Shown here one piece after another: positions 1-13,400 of a stretch of DNA of 64,000 nucleotides; within the stretch, counting starts at the first letter, position 1; every line of letters begins with the position of its first letter. A model generated the notes under the pieces. It ran no database searches and was not told where the DNA came from. It worked only from the letters and a program-made list of their open reading frames with translations. The stretch covers positions 115,405,942 through 115,469,941 of the forward strand of contig NC_090380.1 in the NCBI RefSeq assembly GCF_036365525.1, in the 5' to 3' direction. The translations under genes were made by a program, and so were the position numbers. This DNA comes from Heterodontus francisci (Eukaryota).

Positions 1-49
1 TAAAGACACACAGTTGGAGGTCATTCACCTCCTTGAGCCCATAATTGAC

Positions 50-1423
50 CTGGAAATGTTTGATAAGACACTATGGAGAGAGCTTTACTCTGTATCTAAC
101 CCTGTTTTTTTCGACAGTGTAGAGGGAGCTTTACTCTGTATCTAACCCCCGTGCTGTACCTGTCCTGGGGAGTGTTTGATGGGGACAGTGTAGGGGGAGC
201 TTTGCTCTGTATCTAAACCTGTGTTGTACCTGTCCTGGGAGTGTTTGATGGGACAATGCAGAGGGAGCTTTATTCTGTATCTAATCCTGTGCTGTACCTG
301 TCCTGGGAGTGTTTGATGGGACATTGTGGAGGGAACTTTACTCTGTATCTTACCTGTATTCGACTTGCCTTGGGAATGTTTGATGGGACATGTAGAGGAA
401 GCTTTACTCTGTATCTAACCCCATTTTTTTTTAGTGCAGAGGGAGCTTTACTCTGTATCTAACCTGTCTTTTTTCCCTTTTTCTTTTTTTTTTGTACCCG
501 CCCTGGGAGTGTTTGATGGGATAGTGTAGAGGGAGCTTTACTCTGTATCTAACCTGTTTTTTTTTCTTAAGTTCTGAGGGTTGGCTAACAATGCACATTG
601 CTTTGAATCAACCCCAGTACTAATTATAGCACTTTACTATTTGCTTCCTGTAATATCCTGGCAGAAAGGAAAGTAAACTCCCTGATTTTGAGGTGTTTTT
701 GGAATAATGCTCACTAAAGTAAACTATTATTAGTTTATCCCCTGATTGTACTCAACCGAGGAATGTTTGATGGGGACAGTGTAGAGGGAGCTTTACTCTG
801 TATCTAACCCCCTGTTTTTTGGGTTTTTTTCTTTTTGAGTGTTTGATGGGGACAGTGTAGAGGGAGCTTTAATCTGTATCTAACCCCATTTTTTTTTAAC
901 CCCGTTTTTTTTTTTTCTTTCCTTTTCTTTCTGTATCTAACCCCTGTGCTGTACCTGTCCTGGGAGTGTTTGATGGGGACAGTGTAGAGGGAGATTTACT
1001 CTGTATCTAACCCCAGTGCTGTATCTGTCCTGGGAGTGTTTGATGGGACAGTGTAGAGGGAGCTTTACTCTGTATCTAACCCCATTTTTTTTTAACCCCG
1101 TTTTTTTTTTCTTTTCTTTCTGTATCTAACCCCTGTGCTGTACCTGTCCTGGGAGTGTTTGATGGGGACAGTGTAGAGGGAGCTTTACTCCGTATCTAAC
1201 CCCATTTTTTTTAGTGCAGAGGGAGCTTTACTCTGTATCTAACCTGTCTTTTTTCCCTTTTTCTTTTTTTTTTGTACCCGCCCTGGGAGTGTTTGATGGG
1301 ATAGTGTAGAGGGAGCTTTACTCTGTATCTAACCTGTGCTCTACCTGTCCTGGGAGTGTTTGATGGGACAGTGTAGAGGGAGCTTTACTCTGTATCTAAC
1401 CTGCATTGTACTTGTCCTAGGAG
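50..1423. repeat. Degenerate tandem repeat (~60-70 bp unit) interspersed with T-tracts
   Basis: Many copies of GGGAGTGTTTGATGGG(G)ACAGTGTAGAGGGAGCTTTACTCTGTATCTAACC...GTGCTGTACCTGTCCT. Confidence 0.9.
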
Positions 1424-1500
1424 GGAAACCAGCGGCCCGCATGCGCAATGACTCTGTCAAGGGGCTGCAGGGCCTCGAGTGGCACTGTCTGCGGCCAAGG

Positions 1501-1572
1501 ATGGAGTCTGGGATCTTCCTGCACTGTGTGTGGGGCTCAGTAAAAGTTTGTTGTGAAGCATTTTCAGATGCA
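1501..1572 (+). CDS. Putative divergent first exon related to the CC-motif array (MESGIFLHCVWGSVKVCCEAFSDA)
   Basis: ATG in good Kozak context (AGGATGG); VxxCCxxF with CC at residues 17-18 as in several array exons; possible donor GCA|GTAAGA (phase 0) or read-through to TAA at 1590; NRF1-like GCATGCGC at 1439-1446. Confidence 0.4.
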
Positions 1573-1834
1573 GTAAGAGAGCTTTTGTAAAGAGCTGTGA
1601 CCTCTTCGAGATTAAATAAGCCACTAATGAGGTTACTAAAGCAACTGTCAATCAATAATATTTTATGTTTGAAAAAATAGCAACTCATGATTTTTATCAA
1701 AGTGATCACCCAATCTGCATTTTAATTCCTCCCCGTCCTCACCCCCACCCCCAGTGTAGAGACCGCATTGTGATGAGCAAGTGCAGTATACTAACTTGAA
1801 AGAAGTACAATTAAGCTTAAAGGCACTTGTTATA

Positions 1835-3600
1835 TAGAAACACAGAAAACAGGAGCAGGAGTAGGCCATTCGGCCCTTCGGGCCTACTCCGCCATTCAAA
1901 AAAGATCATGTCTGATCGTCTAAGTCAGTACCCTGTTTCTGCTTTCTCCCATATCCCTTGATCCCTTTAGCATTAAGAAATATATCTATCTCCTTCTTGA
2001 ATATATTTAATGACCTGGCCTCCACTGCCTTCTGCAGTAGAGAATTCCACAGAATCATCACCCTTTGAGTGAAGAAATTTCTCCTCATTTCGGTTCTAAA
2101 TGGCATATCCTGTATCCTGAGATTGTGACCCCTGGTTCTGGATCTCCCCAGCCATCAGGAACATCCTCAGTGCATCTTTTTTTTTATTCATTCATGGGAT
2201 GTGGGTGTCGCTGGCCAGGCCAATATTTATTGCCCATCCCTAATTGCCCTTGAGAAGGTGGTGGTGAGCTGCCTTCTTGAACCGCTCCAGTCCATGTGAG
2301 GTAGGTACACCCACAGTGCTGTTAGGAAGGGAGTTCCAGGATTTTGACCCAGCGACAGTGAAGGAATGGTGATATAGTTCCAAGTCAGGATGGAGTGTGA
2401 CCTGTCTAGTCCTGTTAGAATTTTATAGGTTTCTATGAGATCCCCTCTCATTCTTCTAAATTCTAGTGAACATAGGCCTAGTCGACCCAATCTCTTTTCA
2501 TACGTCAATCTTGCCATCCCAGGAATCAGCCTAGTAAATCTTCTTTGCACTCCCTCCATGGCAAGAACATCCTTCCTCAGATAAGGAGACCAAAACTCCA
2601 CAAAATACTCCACCAAGGTCTCACCAAGGCCCTATATAACTGAAGTAAGATATCCTTGCTCATGTACTCAAATCCTCTTGCAATGAAGGCCAACATACCA
2701 TTCGCTTTTCTATCTGCTTCCTGCACCTGAATGCTTGCTTTCAGCGACTGGTGTACAAGGTCACCCAGGTCTCGTTGCACCTCCCCCTTTCCCAATCTAT
2801 CACCATTCAGATAATAATCTGCCTTTCTGTTTTTACAACCAAAGTGGATAACCTCACATTTATCCACATTATACTGCATCTGCCATGCATTTGCCCACTC
2901 ACCCAACTTGTCCAACTCACATTGGAGCCTCTTTGCATCCTCCTCACAGCTCATATTCCCCCCGCCCCGCAAGCTTTGTGTCGTCTGAAAACTTGGAAAT
3001 GTTACATTCAGTTCCTTCACCTAAGTCATTAATATCTATTGTGAATAGTTGGGGCCCAAGCACTGATCCCTGCGGTACCCCACTAGTCACTGCCTGTCAC
3101 CTGGAAAAAGACCCGTTTATTCCTACTCTCTGTTTCCTGTCTGTTAACCAATTCTCAATCCATGCCAGTATATTACCCCCAATCTCATGTGCTTTAATTT
3201 TGCACACTAACCTCTTAAGTGGGACCTTATCAAAAGCCTTTTGAAAATCCAAATACGCCACATCCACTGGTTCTCCCTTATCTATTCTACTAGTTACATC
3301 CTCAAAAAACTCCAATAGATTTGTTAAGCATGATTTCCCTTTCGTAAACTCATGCTGACTTTGCCCAATCCCGTTTATGTTTTCGAGATGTTCTTCTATC
3401 ACATTCTTTATAATAGATATAATATTATATTATAATATAATAACATTTTCCCCACTACTGATGTCAGGCTCACTGGTTTGTAGTTCCCTGTTTTTTTTCT
3501 CTCCCTCCTTTTTTAAATAGTGGGGTTACATTTGCCACCGTCCAATCTGTAGGACCTGCTCCAGAGTCTGTAGAATATTAGATGATGACCACCAATGTAT
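1835..3600 (-). mobile_element. CR1 LINE, 5'-truncated, degenerate ORF2 (RT), interrupted by another LINE tail at ~2190-2400
   Basis: ORFs with KSCLTNLLEFF, YLDFQKAFDKV, QRRFTRLIP, RRNFFTQRV; (ACATAGAA)-type tail. Confidence 0.9.
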
Positions 3601-4147
3601 CCACTATTTCCTTTTGTTGATTTTGAAAATGTTACTAGGCTCAACGCCCATTTGGTTTTGAACTGGCTTTCGTCCAGTTTTAACTAGACTTTTTAAAAAG
3701 TCTTTAGCGTAAACTGAAAAGCAAGCAGACTGACTTCTAAAGTTGAGGGTTCAGGTCTGTAACCCAGCCCTGTCTGGCCTTGGCAAAAGTTGGCACGATT
3801 TAACAGGAAATGAATGGAGCTCAGTGGTTGCTGTTGATAACCTCAAAGGCAGCAATTTGCTTCAGTTTTTGATACCATTGAGTTCAGTGGGCTTGATCTT
3901 TGATTGACCAACTCCGTTAAGTGAGGAGAGGGTGGGAACCTCCGCCTGCCCATTGGGATCGATCAGAGGCCTGATCAGTTTCTCATGGTCCGGCCTTATT
4001 TGCATTTGTCAGCAAGCAACTTGCGCTATTCGGGCCGATTGGAGAGGGACAGAAATTTTGCAGCTCCAGAAGAAGTGCAGTTTCCTGAGAGGAGGGGGGA
4101 GGTGATCCCTACTTTTATATTCCCATTATCAATCCCAGTGTCCTTTA

Positions 4148-4330
4148 GGTGTCAGCCATGGCTCAGTGGGTCAAACTCACACCTGAGTCAGAAGGTTCGA
4201 TCTTCACTCCAGGGTCGCAAGCACAAAGTCCAGGCTGACGCTCATTGCAGTAATGAGGGAGTGCTGCACTGTTGGAGGTGCCATCTTTTGTAAGCGATGT
4301 TGAACCAAGGCCCCATCTTGGTCCAGCTGG
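4148..4330 (+). mobile_element. tRNA-derived SINE
   Basis: GTCAGCCATGGCTCAGTGG A-box-like start and GGTTCGA B-box-like motif; body typical of shark SINEs. Confidence 0.6.
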
Positions 4331-4339
4331 ATGGGACTG

Positions 4340-5240
4340 CACCTGGTTCCATTCTTACTTATCCAGTCGTAGCCATTAATTCACCTGCAATGGCTTCTCT
4401 TCCTGCTCCTGTACTATTACCTCTACTGCTCCCCTTGGATCTATCCTTGGGCCCATTTCTATTTCTCATCTACAAGCTGCTTCTTGGCAACATCATCATT
4501 TCCAGATAATGACACCCAGCTCTACCTAACCAACCTATCTCTCGACCCCTCCACTGTCTCTAAGTTATCAGGACTGCTTGTCCAACATCTAGTTCTGGAT
4601 GAGCAGATATTCCCCCAACTGCATACCGGGAAGACCAAAACCATTGTCTTTGCTCCCCACACAAACTCCATTTCCTAGCTGCTGACTCCATCCCTCTCCC
4701 TGGCAACTGTCTGAGGCTCAATCAGACTGTGTGTAACATTAATATATTTAACCCAGAGATGAGCTTAGAAGGATAGAATGGTTACAACACAGAAAGAGAC
4801 CATTCAGCCCATTGAGCCCAGGCCAGCTCTCTGCAAGAGCAATTTAGCAAATCCCACTCCCTTGCCGTTTCTCCTAGCTCTGCAAATTTGTTTCCTTCAG
4901 GTGGTTATCCAATTCCCTTTTGAAAACTATGATTGAATCTGCCTCCAATACCCTTTCAGGCTGTGCATTCTAGATCCTAACCTTCTGACCACTTATCCAC
5001 ACCTTCCTTAAGGCCACCTATTTCCACCTCCATAATATTACCTGACTGCTTGCCTCAGCTCATTTGCTGCTGACACCCTCATCCATGCCTGTGATGCCTC
5101 TAGACTTGACTATTCCAACACACTCCTGGCTGGCCTCCCACATTCTATCCTCTGTAAACTTGAGGTCATCCAAAAGTCTGCTGCCTGTGTCCTAATTGGC
5201 ACCAAGTCTTGTTCACCCATCATCCCTGTGCTCACCGACC
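4340..5240 (+). mobile_element. L2-type LINE RT fragments
   Basis: DNDTQLY (ADDTQLY-like), KTKTIVF, SRLDYSN-like remnants. Confidence 0.7.
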
Positions 5241-5359
5241 TTTATGACAACCCTGTGGTTACATATTCCTCATTACTGAGGCAAGCTTTTTATTTTAGGT
5301 TTATTTAATGAACTGAATTTAAGTTCCCCAGCTGCTCTGTAGGATTTGAGTTCATGCCT

Positions 5360-6110
5360 AGAAACATAGAAACATAGAAAGTAGGAGCAGGAGTAGGCCA
5401 TTCGGCCCTTCGAGCCTGCTCCGCCATTCATTCTGATCATCCAGCTCAGTAACCTGTTCCGGCTTTCGCCCCATACCTGTTGATCCCTTTCGACCCAAAA
5501 GCTATATCTAACACCTTCTTGAAAACATACAATGTTTTGGCCTGAACTGCTTTCTGTGGTAGTGAATTCCACAGGCTCACCACTCTCTGGGTGAAGAGAT
5601 TTCTCCTCATCTCAGTCCTGAAAGGTTTATCCCGTATCCTTAGACTATGACCCCTGGTTCTGGACTCCCCCACCATCGGGAACATCCTTCCTGCATCAAC
5701 CCTGTCAAGTCCCATTAGAACTTTATAGGTTTCTATGAGATCCCCCTCACTCTTCTGAACTCCAGCAAATATAATCCTAACCGACTCAATCTCTCCTCAT
5801 ATGTCACTTCCGCCATCCCAGGAATCAGTCTGGTATACCTTCGCTGCACTCCCTCTATAGCAAGAAGATCCTTCCTCAGATAAGGAGACCAAAACTGCAC
5901 GCAATATTCCAGGTGTGGCCTCACCAAGGCCCTGTATAATTGCAGCAAGACATCCCTGCTTCTGTACTCGAATCCTCTCGCTGTGAAGGCCAACATACCA
6001 TTTGCCTTTTTTACCGCCTGTTGGACCTGCATGCTTACCTTCAGCGACTGATGTTTGGGAACACCCAGGACTCGCTGCATATTCCCCTCTCTCAGTTTAT
6101 AACCTGTCAG
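5360..6110 (-). mobile_element. CR1 LINE 3' fragment
   Basis: LYRALVRPHLEYCVQFWSP, RRNLFTQRV, AAACATAG tail repeats. Confidence 0.9.
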
Positions 6111-6969
6111 TGATTAGTCTGGGTCTCTGGATTACTAGTCCAGTAGCATAACCACATATTCGGGGTTTTAGAGAATGGACAGACTGAACAATAAGGAGAG
6201 GCGAGTTGAGCATTTAGCAGAGAGTTGGACCGATTGGTAAAAGATTAAAGAGAGTTTGCTAAAGGCTCAATCAAAAATGATGGTTTTGAGGAGGTTTGTT
6301 GAATTAGTGAGGGAAGGAGCGAGATGGAGCAGTTTGGAAGGTGAGAGGATAATTCTAGAGGGCGCGACCAAGGTGACTGAAAGCTCTGCAACAGATGAAC
6401 ACTGATCGGGAGAATGCACAGCATCCCATAGTTAGAGAGCTGGAAGGCATAGGCTGAGAGGCAAAGCTGAGAGAGTTTGTAGAGGCAAGGTGACTCAAGC
6501 TTGGAATGGAATTTTAGATTTGGTGGTTTATAAACAGGAAGCCAGTGGAGATGGGTAACGACGTGGGTTCTGTTGGAGTCTCTGTCGACCTCATACACTT
6601 ATCACTTTCTTTCCCAGCACATCAAAATGATGGAAGTCCTTACAGCCCTCAACTTCCCTTTCCTCCTGCAACCAAAGGCTTTTAAAAACCAATTTTGGCA
6701 ATACCACATCAAACCTTTCTGATTGACCTCATTTTCTCTTTCCAGCTTTGTTAAGGGAGCCATTAGGAGCCCAGGCAGTTTACCTCACAGGAACAAGATG
6801 AGGCCATTCAGCCCCTCAAGTCTGTTCTGCCAGCCAGTTATATCACAACTGACTTGTATCTCAACTCCATTTGCATGCCATGGTTCCGTAGCCATTGTTA
6901 GCCTTGCCTAACAAAATTATAGGTAATGAAAGCTCATGTTTCTCAATGGAAACAAATCGAGTAAAAGTT

Positions 6970-7150
6970 CATTGCACCTGGCTGGTGACGTGCAGCTGAC
7001 TCCCAGGAGAGATAGGGAGCATCAGGAGGATTCCGAGGGAAGCGATTTTCCCAATCTCCAGACTCAGAGGCAGTCGCAGTAAATAGGAACAAACTCACTC
7101 CCACACCAGTCAGCAGCTGAGTGACAGAAACTCTCAGTGAGAAAACTGGA
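6970..7150 (+). promoter_or_regulatory. Orphan copy of the array promoter block with no recognisable exon behind it
   Basis: CACCTG...GATAGGGAG...TTTTCCCAATCTCCAGACTCAGAGGCAGTCGCAGTAAATAGGAACAAAC...CAGAAACTCTCAGTGAGA matches the cassette promoters. Confidence 0.6.
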
Positions 7151-7474
7151 CAGGATCTATAACCGATGGTTTCCCCCACGTGCTAAAGACTTCCCCCCCC
7201 CCCCCACAGGACCATTGCACCCTGCTTTGACCCCACAAACATCTAGCAGGGAAGACCAGCACACAACACAAATCGGACTAAGTTGCCTGAGCTTTGGAAA
7301 CTGCACACCAGGGGCTGGTTGGTGGGCGTGGGGGGGAGTGGGGGGTAGGGGCAGTGGGGCAGGAGTATTTATATCGTCGGGCCACAGGCTGGACACTCCT
7401 GGTCCAGAAACCGAAGGCAAGATTTTAACTTACTCCAACCTTTCACTTATACCAAGTTAAAAATCAGTTCCTAT

Positions 7475-8242
7475 GGCTGGAATTTTACGTTCAGGTGGTG
7501 GTCCCACCCACCAGCTAAAAGGTCGGGTGGCGGGGGGGTGGGTGGTCAGCCCGCCTCCACCAGGCCTGGAAGCCACGCTGTGATTTTGTGTGGCCCAGGC
7601 CCTTAATTGGCTTTGTTCGGGACTTCTGCCCCTCTGAGACAAGAAGTCTCGCCTCCAAAAGCTGCCAGCCAATCAGAGGGCCGGCAGCGCTTCAGCCCCA
7701 GCAGCGCCACCGGGTGCGGTGGCCACGTCCGGGACTGCACCCAGCCAGAACAGGACCATGGATGCAGTCACGGAGCAGCTAAGTGCCGGGGACAATCAGC
7801 TGTGCCCTGGTGAGGAGGATGAGAGTCAGACGGGGCAGGAGGGGTAGTTCTGGCGGGGGGAACCATCCATGGGGCACAGGGTCCCCGATCAGGAGGGCCA
7901 TTCCCTAGCCCACAAGCAGGCTGCCATGTATTATTGGGCAATCTCCTCAGGTGCCTGTGCCCATCCGCTGTTGGTAATATTCCAGTGGAGCTGAGAGGAG
8001 GCTCTTAAGTGGCAATTAAGTGGCCACTTAAGGGCTTCAACTGGCCTGGGGCAGGTGGGCCATTTGCCACCTCCCCTGCTGCTGGTAAAATAGCAGTGGG
8101 GGAGGGTGCCTAGGCGATAGGAACAGCAAATCCCCCCACCCCCCCCCCCCCCCCGCCTCACTCAATATTACACTTCCCCCCCTGTCTCCCAGCCTGCTCC
8201 CGGGGGTGGGGGGGGGTGGGGTGGGTGCGTACAATTCCAGCC
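7475..8242. mobile_element. GC-rich non-autonomous DNA element (MITE-like) with terminal inverted repeats
   Basis: GGCTGGAATT...AATTCCAGCC termini; internal TTAAGTGGC/CCAATCAGAG motifs shared with several copies in the window. Confidence 0.65.
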
Positions 8243-9639
8243 AAATTATTGGGTGGGGTGGGGGGTTACTCATTTGGGCAGTTTTAGGGGAAATATAATA
8301 GTGAATGCTAAACCTATCATCATTTGACATCCACTTAATACACGTTATCCAGCAGGGCCACTGGACACTCGTCTTTAAATCCATCTGTCTATTCCTGTAT
8401 CCTCCTCCAACACCCACGCCTGAATTCTCTCTTCTCTGACTCTAGGCTCCTGTGCATTCCCCACTTTCTTCATCCCACCATTGACGGCCGTGCCTTCAGC
8501 ATCTAGCCCCACACTCTGGAATTGCCTCCCTAAACCTCTGCAATTCAAAGAAAGCTCCATCAAAGAGTTTTTAAGGTATGTCCTAAACAGAGGGGAGAGA
8601 ATTCCAGAAGTTGGGACCTAGACGGCTGATGGCACAGCCAATAAAAAGAAACAAAGGAAGTGAGCAAGAGCTCACAGTTGGAGGAACACAGAGTTCTCGG
8701 AGGTATTGGTCACAAAAATATGAGAGATGGGGTTAAAAGGCCATTTGACTGACAGTCAAGAATCATCCAATCAGATAATGAAGAATCAGCTCGCTATCCA
8801 ATTGGCCAAGGGAAGGTGCAGCACTGCAATGATGGGCGTGTCAGGCGACCAATGGCAGAAGGGTGAGGGGGGGGGGTGGTAAGTTAGAGGTCATGTGATG
8901 AAACTTCCATGAATGCGTCCAAACAGAGTTGGATTCCCCAGTTGTTTGACCAGCTGATTTGAGACAGTTCAAGGTCTGACTTCAACCGGTGGAGTTGCCA
9001 ATTCACAAAATATCAGTCACAACCAATTTAGTCCTTTGAGGAACAGAGGGAAGCAATATTTTATTGGCTCTGTCAGGTTCCTGCTGCTGTGTGTAACAGC
9101 TCACAGTAGGTCATTCATAGAACTTGTAGCACAAAAGGTGGCCATTCAGCCCATCATGTCATTGCTGGTTTCAGCTCTTCATCTGGAGCTAACAACTCTC
9201 ATCCCTTTCTCTAAACCCTTTCCCTGTATCTTTTATCTTCCTTATCAAACCTGTGCAGCTTTCCCTGTTAAATAATATTATAATCCCGTTTCAGCTTTCA
9301 CTTGTGGTTAAACCTTTACCTTGTAAATTCCTGTAAAAATAGGAAGTGCTGGAAACACTCTGCCGGCCAGTCAGCACCTTAAGAGAGAACAGATCAGTTA
9401 ACATTCTGGACTGAGCCCTTAAATGCACAAGCCCTGAAACTTTCACTTGTCCATTCTCCCTAAACATACTGACTGACCTGCTGAGTGTTTGCAGCTTTCT
9501 CTTTTCTTATTTCGATTTCAACATCTGCAGTATTTCATTTTGCATTTTTTGGGTTCTCAAAATTGTCTTGACATTGGGCAGTGTATAAAAGGGGTGGTGC
9601 ATGTGAGCAGCCCATCTTTGGTTCCGTCACCAACGACAT

Positions 9640-10290
9640 CCTGGGGAATATCTGAACTGGACCAGCCATATAAATACAGTAGCTACAGGAGCAGATCAGA
9701 GGCTGGGAATTCTGCAGCGAGTAACTCACCTTCCGACTCCCCAAAGCCTGTCCACCATCTACACGGCACAAGTCAGGAGTGTGATGGAATATTCTGCACT
9801 TCCCTGGATGAGTGCAATTCCAACAACAGTCAAGAAGCGCAACACCATTCTGGACAAAGTAATCCCCTTGATTGGCACCCCATTCACCACCTTAAACAGT
9901 CACTCCCTCCACCACCGACGCACAGTGGCAGCAGTGTGTACCATCTATAAGATGCACTGCAGCAACTCGCCAAGGCTCCTTCAACAGCACCTTCCAAACC
10001 CATGACCTCTATCACCGAGAAGGACAAGGGCAGTAGATGCATGGGAACACCACCACCTGCAAGTTCCCCTCCAAGTCACACACCATCCTGACTTGGAACT
10101 ACATTACTGTTCCTTCACTGTGGCTGGGTCAAAATCAGGAAATCCCTCCCTAACAGTTTGTGTATCTACATCGGATCGACTGCAGTGGTTCAAGAAGGCA
10201 GCTCACCACCACCTTCTCCAGGGCAATTAGGAATGGGCAACAATGCAACGCCAACGATGCCCACATCCCATGAAAGAATTTTTTAAAAAC
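9640..10290 (+). mobile_element. CR1-clade LINE 3' fragment (AQVRSVMEY family)
   Basis: MEYSALPW...HHRRTVAAVCTIYKMHC; same family at ~54780-55330 and ~60880-61640. Confidence 0.8.
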
Positions 10291-10419
10291 TTCAATCAGG
10301 GGAGATGCAACAGGCTGCTGACTTAATGGGCTGGATTTTAACAGCTTTCTCGGGACAGTCTAGGAGGTGGGGGGGCCCATAAAATGGTGAGTGAAGGCAG
10401 GGGGGCAGTGGAGAAACAG

Positions 10420-13400
10420 AGGAACATAGAAAATAGGAGCAGGAGTAGGCCATTCGGCCCTTTGAGCCTGCTCCACAATTCATTATGATCATGGCTGATC
10501 ATCCAACTCAGTAACCTGTTCCCGCTTTCACCCCATATTCTTTGATCCCTTTAGACCCAAGACCTATATCTCCTTCTTGAAAACATACAATGTTTTGGCC
10601 TCAACTGCTTTCTGTGGTAGCGAATTCCACAGGCTCACCACTCACTGGGTGAAGAAATTTCTCCTCATCTCAGTCCTGAAAGGTTTACCCCGTGTCCTTA
10701 GACTATGAGCTCTGTTTCTGGACTCCCCCACCATCGGGAACATCCTTCCTGCATCTACCCTGTCAAGTCCTGTTAGAATTTTATAGGTTTCTATGAGATC
10801 CCCCCTCACTCTTCTGAACTCCAGTGAATATAATCCTAACTGACTCAGTCTCTCCTCATACGTCAGTCCTGCCATCCTAGGAATCAGTTTGGTAAACCTT
10901 TGCTGCACTCCCTCTATAGTAAGAACATCCTTCCTCGGATAAGGAGACCAAAACTGCACACAATATTCCAGGTGTGGCCTCACCAAGGCCCTGTATAATT
11001 GCAGCAAGACATCCCTGCTTCTGTACTCGAATCCTCTCGCTACGAAGGCCAACATACAATTTGCCTATTTTACCGCCAGTTGCACCTGCATGCTTACCTT
11101 CAGCAACTGGTGTACGAGAACACCCAGGTCTCGCTGCATATTCCCCTCTCTCAGTTTATAGCTGTTCAGGCAATAATCTGCCTTCCTGTTTTTGCTACCA
11201 AAGTGGATAACCTTACATTTATCCACATTATACTGCACCTGCCATGCATTTGCCCACTCACTCAACTTGTCCAAATCACCCTGAGGCCTCTCTGCATCCT
11301 CCTCACAACTCACCCTCCCACCCAGTTTTGTGCCATCTGCAAATTTGGAGATATTACATTTAGCTCCCTCATCTAAATCATTAATATATATTGCAAATAG
11401 CTGGGGTCCTAGCACCAATACCTGCGGTACCCCACTAGTCACTGCCTGCCATTCGGAAAAAGACCCATTTCACCCAACTCTTTGTTTCCTGGCTGCCAAC
11501 CAATTTTCTATCCATCGCAATACACTACCCCCAATCCCATGCGCATTAATTTTACACGCTAATCTCTTATGTGGGACTGTCAAAAGCCTTCTGAAAGTCC
11601 AAATAAACCACATCCACTGGCTCCCCCTCATCAATTCTGCTAGTTACATCCTCGAAGAATTCTAATAGATTTGTCAAGCATGATTTCCCTTTCGTAAATC
11701 TATGCTGACTCTGTCCAATTCTACCACTGTTCTCCAAGTGCTCTGCTATAAAATCTTTGATAATGGACTCCAGAATTTTCCCCACTACCGACGTCAGGCT
11801 GACTGATCTATAATTCCCTGCTTTCTCTCTACCTTCCTTTATAAATAGTGGGGTTACATTAGCTACCCTCCAAACTGTAGGAACTGTTCCAGGGTCTATA
11901 GAATCTCGGAAGATGACCACCAATGCATCCACTATTTCTAGGGCCACTTCCTTCAGTACTCTGGGATGCATACCATCAGGCCCTGGGGATTTATCGGCCT
12001 TCAATCCCATCAATTTCCCCAACACCATTTCTCTACTAATACTGATTTACTTCAGTTCCTCTCTCTCACTAAGCCCTGTGTTCCCCAACATTTCTGGTAT
12101 GATATTTGTGTCCTCCTTTGTGAAGACAGAACCAAAGTATGCATTTAGTCGGTCAGCCATTTCTTTGTTCCCCATAATAAATTCCCCTGTTTCTGACTGT
12201 AAGGGACCAACATTTGTCTTCACCAATCTTTTTCTCTTCACATACCTATAGAAACCTTTACAGTCAGTTTTTATGTTCCCCGCAAGCTTGCTCTCGTACT
12301 CTATTTTCCCCTTCTGTAGCATTCACTGTGGTAATGGAGAGGGATAGGTATGTGCAACAGGGCAAGGTTTACAATTGGGGGAAGGGTAGATATGATGCTG
12401 TCAGGCAGGAACTGAGGAGCATAAGTTGGGAGCATATGCTGGCAGGGAAGGGCACGGTCGAAATGTGGAACTTTTTCAAGGAGCAGATAGTAGGGGCCAT
12501 TGATAAGCATGTCCCTGTCAGACAGGGAAGGGATGGTCATGTGAGGGAACCGTGGTTGACAAGAGAGGTTGAGAGTCTTGTTAGGAAGAAGAAGGATGCG
12601 TATATAAAGTTGAGGAAAAAGGGCACAGGCATAGCTCTGGAGGGATACAAGATGGCCAGGAAGGATCTGAAGAAAGGGATTAGGAGAGCTAAGAGAGGGC
12701 ATGAAAAATGCTTGGCGGGTAGGATAAAAGAAAACCCCAAGGCCTTTTACGCGTATGTCAGAAATATGAGGATGACTAGGGGGACCATAGGTCCGGTCAA
12801 GGACAATAGCGGGAGACTGTGTGTTGAGCCGGAAGAGATAAGTGAGGTTTTGAATGAGTACTTCTCTTCGGTATTTACGAATGAGAAGGGGTGTATTACT
12901 GAAGAGGACGGTGTGAAACAGACTGGTAAGCTCGAGGAAGTGCTCGTTAGGAGGGAAGATGTGTTGGGGTTTTTGAATAACTTGAAGATAGACAAGTCTC
13001 CCGGGCCTGACGGGGTATATCCAAGGATGTTATGGGAAGCAAGGGATGAAATTGCAGAGCCGCTGGCAATGATCTTTTCATCTTCTCTGCTGACGGGGGT
13101 GGTACCAGGTGATTGGAGGGTGGCAAATGTTGTGCCCCTGTTCAAGAAAGGGAATAGGAACAACCCTGGGAATTACAGGCCAGTTAGTCTTACTTCGGTG
13201 GTAGGCAAGTTGATGGAAAAGGTGCTGAGGGATAGGATTTCTGAGCATCTGGAAAGACATTGCTTGATTCGGGACAGTCAGCACGGTTTTGTGAGGGGTA
13301 GGTCTTGCCTCACAAGCCTGATTGAATTCTTTGAGCAGGTGACCAAGCAAGTGGATGAGGGTAAACCAGTGGATGTGGTGTACATGGATTTTAGTAAGGC

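Noticed and set aside
50-1423. Repeats with variable spacers resembling a CRISPR array
   Set aside because: Eukaryotic context, degenerate units, low-complexity T-rich spacers, no cas genes
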